Assembly (NCBI GenBank): GCA_964453345.1 | Contig: CAYVOC010000046.1 | Location: 1 to 10,531 of the forward strand | Direction: 5' to 3' | Origin: an uncultured Aquificales bacterium | Lineage (GTDB): Bacteria; Thermosulfidibacterota; Thermosulfidibacteria; Thermosulfidibacterales; Thermosulfidibacteraceae | Length of the DNA stretch: 10,531 bases | Part shown: piece after piece, positions 8,362-10,531 of the stretch | Layout: every line of letters begins with the position of its first letter | Numbering within the stretch: position 1 is the first letter of the stretch | The notes under the pieces: generated by a model | The model's database searches: none | What the model was told of the DNA's origin: nothing | Seen by the model: only the letters and a program-made list of their open reading frames with translations | Made by a program: the position numbers and the translations under genes

Positions 8362-9295
8362 GGCATTTCAGCAGTATTGTTGCGTAGCTGCCCCGCGGCA
8401 GGCTGAATTCCAGCCTGATGCTCCCTTCGCCCAGAGGGCTCCACCTCAGATTTTCTGGAAACACCCTTATTGGGCGTCTGCTTCCCGGAGATTTGAAGGG
8501 TTTGAAGGATTCAAGGGCTATGTGGTGTTTTTGCATGAGGGATCTTTCAAACTCAAGGGATTTGCCCGAGGGCAGAGGCATCCTGTATCCGAGGATGGGG
8601 CCTGTGGGGATGGGTATGCCCGTGCATTTTGCGAATCTTTCCGGAATCCAGGATCCGTCTTCAAAGATCAGATCCCCCTCCATTATCCCCTCGAAGAAGC
8701 CCGCCTTTGCCCTTTCTTCAAGGTAAAGATTGAAGAACCAGGCCGAAACGGCGGAAATGTAGAGCCTCAAGAGGTATGGAGAGGCCTTGACCCTCTCTCC
8801 CTTGATGAGCCTGAGGCCCTTCTCCAAGTTCCTTCCCCTGTCGCCGAACCTCTGAGTATCAAAGAAGTTGGGAAAGCCCTCTTTTGATACCGCCTTCAGC
8901 CTCTCGATCAGCCTGTTCATGTCGCTCACCCTTCTCAGCACGATGGAGAAGCGGTTGCCCACAAGGTGCCCGGCTCTCAGCTTGCGGGGGTAGTGTCGGA
9001 TCTCCATGATCCTGAAGCCTTCCCATTCGTTGCGGATAAGGTCTTCGGGTTTGATTCCCTTGGAGGGGATGGTGAGATGCTGTATGGCCACGGCCTGCGA
9101 GTCCTTCAGCCCCGCATATCCTATGAGCTTTTCCGGTATGTGCAGCCTTCTGGCAAGCTGCTTGATGACCTGAAGGGTGCTGACGCCGGTTTTTTCAATC
9201 TTTATGAGCCAGTGAGCTGCTCCCCCCTCTGAGGGTTCGATGATCTCCTCCACAACAAAATCCTCGGGATACTTCTTGAAGGTGAAGGAGAGCAT
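8321..9295 (-). CDS. truD: tRNA pseudouridine(13) synthase TruD
   Basis: PEDFVVEE, K.G..T, YAGLKD..A...Q (catalytic Asp), G.L.GNRF.I.LR, GFPNFF..QRFG, G.RR and F.LP.GSYAT. Confidence 0.93.
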   Translation of the reverse strand: MLSFTFKKYPEDFVVEEIIEPSEGGAAHWLIKIEKTGVSTLQVIKQLARRLHIPEKLIGYAGLKDSQAVAIQHLTIPSKGIKPEDLIRNEWEGFRIMEIRHYPRKLRAGHLVGNRFSIVLRRVSDMNRLIERLKAVSKEGFPNFFDTQRFGDRGRNLEKGLRLIKGERVKASPYLLRLYISAVSAWFFNLYLEERAKAGFFEGIMEGDLIFEDGSWIPERFAKCTGIPIPTGPILGYRMPLPSGKSLEFERSLMQKHHIALESFKPFKSPGSRRPIRVFPENLRWSPLGEGSIRLEFSLPRGSYATILLKCLTGSVSPQQGPRL

Positions 9296-9298
9296 CCC

Positions 9299-9550
9299 TC
9301 AATCTTTCTTCTCGCGCCTCTGATAGCTGCATGCCTCCGAACCGGAGGCGGTGTCTATGCTTCAGAGGGGGCCTCCTATTTTGCCCGTGCGCCTGTAGAG
9401 CCATATCTGCCACAAAAATATGAGGGCCGCTATTCCCACATAGGCCAAGGCGCCCTGGTTGCGGGTTGCGAGATACTCCCCTATCCCCTCCACGGTCATG
9501 AACACCGCAAACAGAATCCAGATAAGTCCGCTTATGGTTCGAGGATCCAT
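9299..9550 (-). CDS. Small two-TM membrane protein; candidate 83-aa selenoprotein (Sec at TGA 9364-9362), or 62 aa (9362-9550) if TGA is a stop
   Basis: SD GGGAG and ATG 10 nt after the MCP stop, with two hydrophobic segments. The in-frame TGA is followed by a SECIS-like hairpin. Read-through gives ...KIGGPL-U-SIDTASGSEACSYQRREKKD and a TGA at 9301-9299, 3 nt before the truD ATG. Confidence 0.7.
9333..9364 (-). promoter_or_regulatory. Putative bacterial SECIS element
   Basis: mRNA UGA-AGCAUAGACACC-GCCUCC-GGUUC-GGAGGC. GC-rich upper stem (9349-9333), 18 nt from UGA to loop, loop begins GGU at positions 22-24 counting U of UGA as 1. No U-tract follows. Confidence 0.65.
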
Positions 9551-9560
9551 GCTTTTCTCC

Positions 9561-10531
9561 CTATACCTTGAATTTTCCTATTTTCTCGTTGAGGTCCACC
9601 ACCTGATGGTTGATGTCGCTTATGGCCTTGGTGGTCTCTTCCACTCCCTTGCTCACCTCCTCCATAGCCTGGTCGGTTTCAACGATGCTGTGGACGGCCT
9701 CCTCTATTGCGGCGCTCTGCTCCTCCGACATTCTCCTCACCTCTTCCATCTGCTGCTTCACCTGTCTTGCCCCTTCAACCACCTCCTCGAGCACCTCGGC
9801 TGAACTGACTATCCTTTCGGCCTGCTCCTCGGCCTGCTTTGTGTATTCGCTTATGATATTGGCAAAGCCGGAGACGGTGTTTCCTATCTCCTCCACCATC
9901 TTTTCGATCTCCTGGGTGCTCTTCATGGTCTCTTCAGCCAGCTTCCTTATCTCGTCGGCGACAACGGCAAAGCCCCTTCCGTGTTCGCCGGCGCGGGCAG
10001 CCTCTATTGCCGCGTTGAGAGCGAGAAGGTTGGTCTGATCCGCTATGTTGGCGATAACATCCACGATGCCTGTGATCCTTTTGGCCGCCTCCCCCACCTT
10101 CTGGGCTTCTTGTGCGATCTCTCCCAGTTCCCTTATGGCAACCTCCTTGTTCCAGCGCGCTATCTCCTTGAAGGCTTCAACCCCTTCCGATGCGGTCTTC
10201 TCGGACTGCTCGGCGAAGCTCGTGGCGCTTTCAATGCTGCTGACCAGGGACTTTATGGATGCGGACAGCTCCTCCATGGCCCCGGCTATTCTGCTTAAGT
10301 TATCCTTGGCGTTCTTTGCCATCATGTTTATCTCTTCGCTGCTCGCCGAGACCTGGGTGGTGGCTGAGAGTATGGTGGTGGAGGCGTCCTTTATGGCGGC
10401 GATGGCCTCGCGGGTGTTTTCAACCATCTTGCTCACATGATCGGTGGTCTCTCCGAAGTCGTCCATGGTGAGCACCTCAGGCTTGGCCGTGAGATCGCCG
10501 GTTGCGTTCTTTTTAACCGTTTCGTTGACGG
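9561..10531 (-). CDS. Methyl-accepting chemotaxis protein (partial: HAMP + signalling domain, 5' end outside window)
   Basis: Hairpin-tip motif [38 protein letters not shown] and methylation-like SEE/MEE/IEE sites. The frame stays open beyond 10475 to the window edge and reads ...[22 protein letters not shown]..., a HAMP signature. Confidence 0.95.
   Translation of the reverse strand, partial: VNETVKKNATGDLTAKPEVLTMDDFGETTDHVSKMVENTREAIAAIKDASTTILSATTQVSASSEEINMMAKNAKDNLSRIAGAMEELSASIKSLVSSIESATSFAEQSEKTASEGVEAFKEIARWNKEVAIRELGEIAQEAQKVGEAAKRITGIVDVIANIADQTNLLALNAAIEAARAGEHGRGFAVVADEIRKLAEETMKSTQEIEKMVEEIGNTVSGFANIISEYTKQAEEQAERIVSSAEVLEEVVEGARQVKQQMEEVRRMSEEQSAAIEEAVHSIVETDQAMEEVSKGVEETTKAISDINHQVVDLNEKIGKFKV

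Noticed and set aside
9333-9349. GC-rich hairpin as an intrinsic terminator
   Set aside because: No U-tract directly follows on either strand, and it lies between co-oriented genes. Its position relative to the UGA fits a SECIS better.
295-10471. Numerous antisense or alternative-frame ORFs (e.g. 295-918, 3162-3944, 4222-4773, 6932-7486, 7377-8012, 8336-8887, 9195-9413, 9610-10038)
   Set aside because: They overlap well-supported genes, mostly have S/P-rich shadow composition and show no recognisable motifs.
10473-10475. GTG as the start of the MCP
   Set aside because: The frame is open to the window edge and the codon lies in the middle of a HAMP motif.

Overview
A compact, GC-rich bacterial chromosomal window of mostly housekeeping genes. 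The E/K/R-rich proteins and frequent AGG/ATA codons suggest a thermophile, and lptE plus a heptosyltransferase suggest an LPS-bearing diderm (both inference). Order: 3' end of an upstream ORF, cobyrinate a,c-diamide synthase-like gene (+), short SprA-related HExxH protein with a sigma28-like promoter (+), YfcE-type metallophosphoesterase (-), family-4 uracil-DNA glycosylase / GT9 heptosyltransferase / UPF0280 (ApbE-like) operon (+), DUF505-like multi-winged-helix protein (-), tRNA-Gly(CCC)-lptE-holA (+), then on the minus strand a partial methyl-accepting chemotaxis protein, a small membrane protein and truD. The standout is the small membrane ORF. Its apparent TGA stop (9362-9364) is followed by a bacterial SECIS-like hairpin with GGU at positions 22-24, as in the E. 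coli fdhF SECIS. The frame then stays open for 20 more codons, including a Cys, and ends 3 nt before the truD start. This points to an unannotated 83-aa two-TM selenoprotein. No mobile element, CRISPR array or rRNA was seen.
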